From assembly GCA_964016885.1 (NCBI GenBank), contig OZ024741.1, positions 395,808,001 through 395,872,000 on the forward strand: a DNA stretch of 64,000 nt, in the 5' to 3' direction. Every line of letters begins with the position of its first letter. The first letter of the stretch is position 1. Below are positions 60,801 through 64,000 of the stretch, one piece after another. The DNA is from Eledone cirrhosa (Eukaryota). The position numbers and the translations under genes were made by a program. The notes beneath the pieces were generated by a model. The model ran no database searches and was not told where the DNA came from. It worked only from the letters and a program-made list of their open reading frames with translations.

Positions 60801-63487
60801 AGAATGGCCTTAGACCAGTTCTTTGAGGTGAAGCATGAAGGCTGCGTTGTCAGGAGTAAAATACGTGCTCTGGGTAATGAGGGAGCCAAAGCTGTGAGCT
60901 GGGCCCGAGTGACAGAGGCAAAAAGTGGGAAGAAGTCCACGATTCGGTCTTTGAAGGACCAGGATGGGCGTGTGATCCTTGAACCTGGGCAGATGTGTGC
61001 GGCCTTTCAGCGGCACTTTGCACGACTGTTCGAGAGGGGCGGCGCGCCGGGTGAGACTATGGATTTCAATCCATACCTCGACGGTCTGCCGCGCCTCTCG
61101 GACGCGGAGGCGAAGTCCTGCGAAAGGACGATTTCAGCTGCTGAGATAGGGGCGGCGCTGAACCAATGCGGCAAACGCAAATCCCCGGGTCTCGATGGTC
61201 TACCATACGAGCTATATGTAGCGATGCCGGACTTGTTCTCCGATATCCTCGAAGCGGTCTACTGCAACTGGCAGCAGAACGGGAGAATTCCCAGTTCTGT
61301 GACCAAGGGCGTAGCTCCCTGGTGAGGAAGGATGAGAACAAGGGGGATGACATAAGTAACTTCAGGCCCATAACTCTGCTAAATACAGAGTTAAAGATTT
61401 TGGCCAAGGTGTTAGCGAAGAGGTTGGCGCTTGTCGTTGGAAACCTGGTGGGAGAAGCGCAGACATGCGCAATCCCGTCCAGGTCCATTCACGACAATCT
61501 CCACCTTATGCGATACATCATAGAGAGGGTAGGGAATGAACCCGGCTTTGGTGGGGCCCTGATCAACTTGGATCAATCTAAAGCTTTCGATAGGGTTGAC
61601 CATCGTTACCTGGATGCTGTGCTCGCGGCGGCAGGCTTCGGACCCGTTTTCAGGGGTTGGATTGCTGCGATGCACAGCAGCAACGTCTGCTCAAGGGTCA
61701 AGGTGAACGGCCACCTCTCGGAGCCGTTCCAAATCATGCGATCCATCCGACAGGGATGCCCTCTCTCCTCCCTACTGTATGTGCTGGCTCTTGAGCCACT
61801 ACTGCGGAAGTTGGAGCGGTTGCAGGGCATCCCTTTGGAACCGGGATTGCAGAAAGCGGCGTCGGCCTACGCCGATGACGTGACAGTAATGGTGTCGAAA
61901 ACCTCGCAAATCGGTGAGATCGGCACCTTACTGGAGGAATATGAAAGGTTTACAGGAGCCAAGCTGAACCGGGACAAGTCCGTCGGTTTGCAACTCGGAA
62001 CATGGAGAGGCAAACCGATGCCCTCCAACGACGTCGTCGGACGCTGGACGGAGGGCCCGGTGAAGCTGCTTGGGGTCTGGTTCGGACCAGACCTCCAGGT
62101 GGAGAAAAACTGGAACGAGGTAACGGCCAGGGTGTTTGCACTCACCCAGAAGTGGGCCCAGTGCAAACTATCCCTGAAAGGTCGAGCGGAGGTGGCGAAT
62201 ACTTATATAGCATCCGTCATCTACTACCGCTTGACCGTCGTGCCTTGCCCAGTGAAAAGACTCGCCAAAATGGAGTGGGCGCTGTTCCAATTTCTTTGGA
62301 ACAAGCGGACCCCTTTGGTGAGGAGATCCATCTGCTGTCAACACCCTTCGAAAGGAGGGCTGGGGACGCCATGGCTACAGATGCGTAAACACGCATTAAG
62401 GCTACGGCACCTCCAGGTATTCCTCACCGGTCAACCGGTGTGGGCCCCGTTTGTGAGGCGAGCCTTTCCCAGACTCGTCTCGCTCACCGAGCTGCAATCC
62501 TGGGTCAAGCAAAGACCGAGAAAAGTGGGCGACTGGCACATTGAATGTGCCCAGGCGCTCACGGCCCTCTGGAAAGCGGACCCGGCAATCAGTGGAGACT
62601 CCACCTCGACATTCTATAGAGGGTTAGTACGCAGCAGGTGCGACGATGCTCTCGGAGAAGCTCTAGGCATGGAGGAAGATGAACTGGCCAGTCTGTTCGG
62701 TAGAACGTTTGGCCCTGGACCGATGGACAACTTCCAAAAGTCCCTGGCTTGGCAGTGCTACCGAGGGGCTCTACCCGTTCGAGACAAGCTCCACAGGCAT
62801 GGGAGCCTGGGTAGAGATCCTTTGAATAAGATCTGTCCGAGATGCGTGCATGATGACTAAACCGTTGCGCACGCATTCGTACACTGCCCAGGCATTGCTG
62901 ACCTGTGGGGCTATGTGGAACGACTACTGTCGAGGGTGGGACCAATCCGGTTGACCACCGAGTCCATTGTCACGATCAAACCGCCTCCCCCTTTCAAAAA
63001 CGAAGGAGAGGCGGTTTTTCTGTGTGTGATAGCCATGGCTAAAGAAGTTGTATGGTGGACGAGGCTGAAAGGGCTGAGGTCAGACACCTTTCTCTCCGGC
63101 CAACAACTGGTCCCCTTTTTCAAATACCATTTTAAAAGAAGGATCAGAATGGAGAGAGAGGTGCTCTACCCCAGCAAGTTTTATGAAAGGTGGGTGAAAG
63201 TAGGGAGAATGGCCAGAGTGAATGGGTCTTCTCTCTATATCAGCCTGTAGGTGAAAGAAGAGGAAAAAGAGGAGACGAGGGAAGCACCTACTCTTTGTGC
63301 TCCTGAGGAGAAAGGTTGCACATTTTTTCCGGGGTGTGTGCGACCCATGTTAATGCCCCCTCCCTATTGAGGACTTCGTTTGTTGTTGTTATTTCATTGT
63401 TATATTTTTGTACTCGTTAATTATATGTAAACTTCCCCCCTTGTATCTGTCCCTACCTTTTGTGCCCTAGTGGCAAATAAAGAAACC
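57846..63487 (+). mobile_element. Full-length Tx1-clade non-LTR retrotransposon, copy 2 (5642 bp)
   Basis: Near-identical to copy 1. ORF1 ~58055-59794 with A-run frameshifts; ORF2 59816-63250 with frameshifts at ~60010 and ~61315 and a stop at 62858-62860. Confidence 0.93.
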
Positions 63488-63502
63488 ACTCTATATATAC
63501 TA

Positions 63503-63867
63503 CTAACAGTGGTACCCGGCGTTGCACGGATTAAGGTATTTTGGAACGCGGGCCGCCAACAGTCCTAATCGTGGGAAAACTGCATGCCTGGACAATATGT
63601 AAAGAAAATAAACCGAAAAAAGCCCAAAAAAGCTGAAAAAAGGAAGTTTTTCACCTAATGCGCGCCCTAGGCCATAAAAAGGTGGATTTTCTTTGCTCAC
63701 GGTATGAAGAAGAGACTGACTAATACATAGTTTCAATTTCAAGGAAATTGGTCTGAGGTAACGCCTCAAAAAACCCCTAAAAAACTGAAAAAACGCAGTT
63801 TTTCGCCTAATGCAGGTCCTAGGGGATCAAAAAGTTGAATTTTTTATGTGCATAACTTTCCCTAAGT
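63503..63867 (-). mobile_element. Second, 5'-truncated copy of the Helitron-like element
   Basis: Same ctaacagtggtacccggcgttgcacgg end at the same repeat position; several substitutions relative to 57256-57723. Confidence 0.75.
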
Positions 63868-64000
63868 TTTGTGGTATTTATTCCGGCTCTCTGATCTCTG
63901 AGTCTTTACCTCACATATCTCACATAACATTTACATGACTCTATATATACTATTGTATTTTCACAGTAAAGGCTTTACCTCACATAATATCTCACATAAC

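Larger units (their letters stand above)
54887..64000. mobile_element. Second MITE/minisatellite array (opposite orientation, 60/62-bp units) containing Tx1 copy 2 and two Helitron-like inserts; runs off the window
   Basis: TTAA(54883-54886) CTCTCAAACATTTACATTACTC resembles the reverse complement of the 36407 end (CCCTTTAACATTTACATTACTC). Repeat tracts at 54893-57255, 57724-57845, 63488-63502 and 63900-64000. Confidence 0.78.

Noticed and set aside
57256-63867. LTR retrotransposon with the 468-bp repeats as LTRs
   Set aside because: No TG..CA ends, PBS or integrase; the interior is an APE-RT LINE, and copy 1 lacks these flanks.

Overview
AT-rich animal genomic DNA, not prokaryotic; the SINE, MITE and microsatellite types resemble those of octopod cephalopods (inference). 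The + strand carries the 3' part of one large, spliced, gel-forming mucin / SCO-spondin-like gene. It starts with a near-identical 1329-bp two-exon cassette repeated about 9 times (discoidin-like domain plus Thr-rich segment, 201 aa per unit). Seven phase-compatible unique exons follow, encoding F5/8-type-C, TSP1, a VWC-like segment, TSP1 and a C-terminal cystine knot (stop 54813-54815). The introns are filled with R4/Dong-type, Tx1, RTE and Penelope retroelements, tRNA-SINEs and tandem repeats. The most notable structure is a nested system seen twice in opposite orientation: a TTAA-flanked piggyBac-type MITE whose subterminal ~62 bp is amplified into a minisatellite. A full-length 5642-bp Tx1 LINE sits at the same nucleotide of that repeat in both arrays, and a non-autonomous Helitron sits twice at another fixed nucleotide. 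Three hammerhead ribozyme cores and several decayed ones also occur in Penelope-type sequence. All analysis was by eye; no searches were run.
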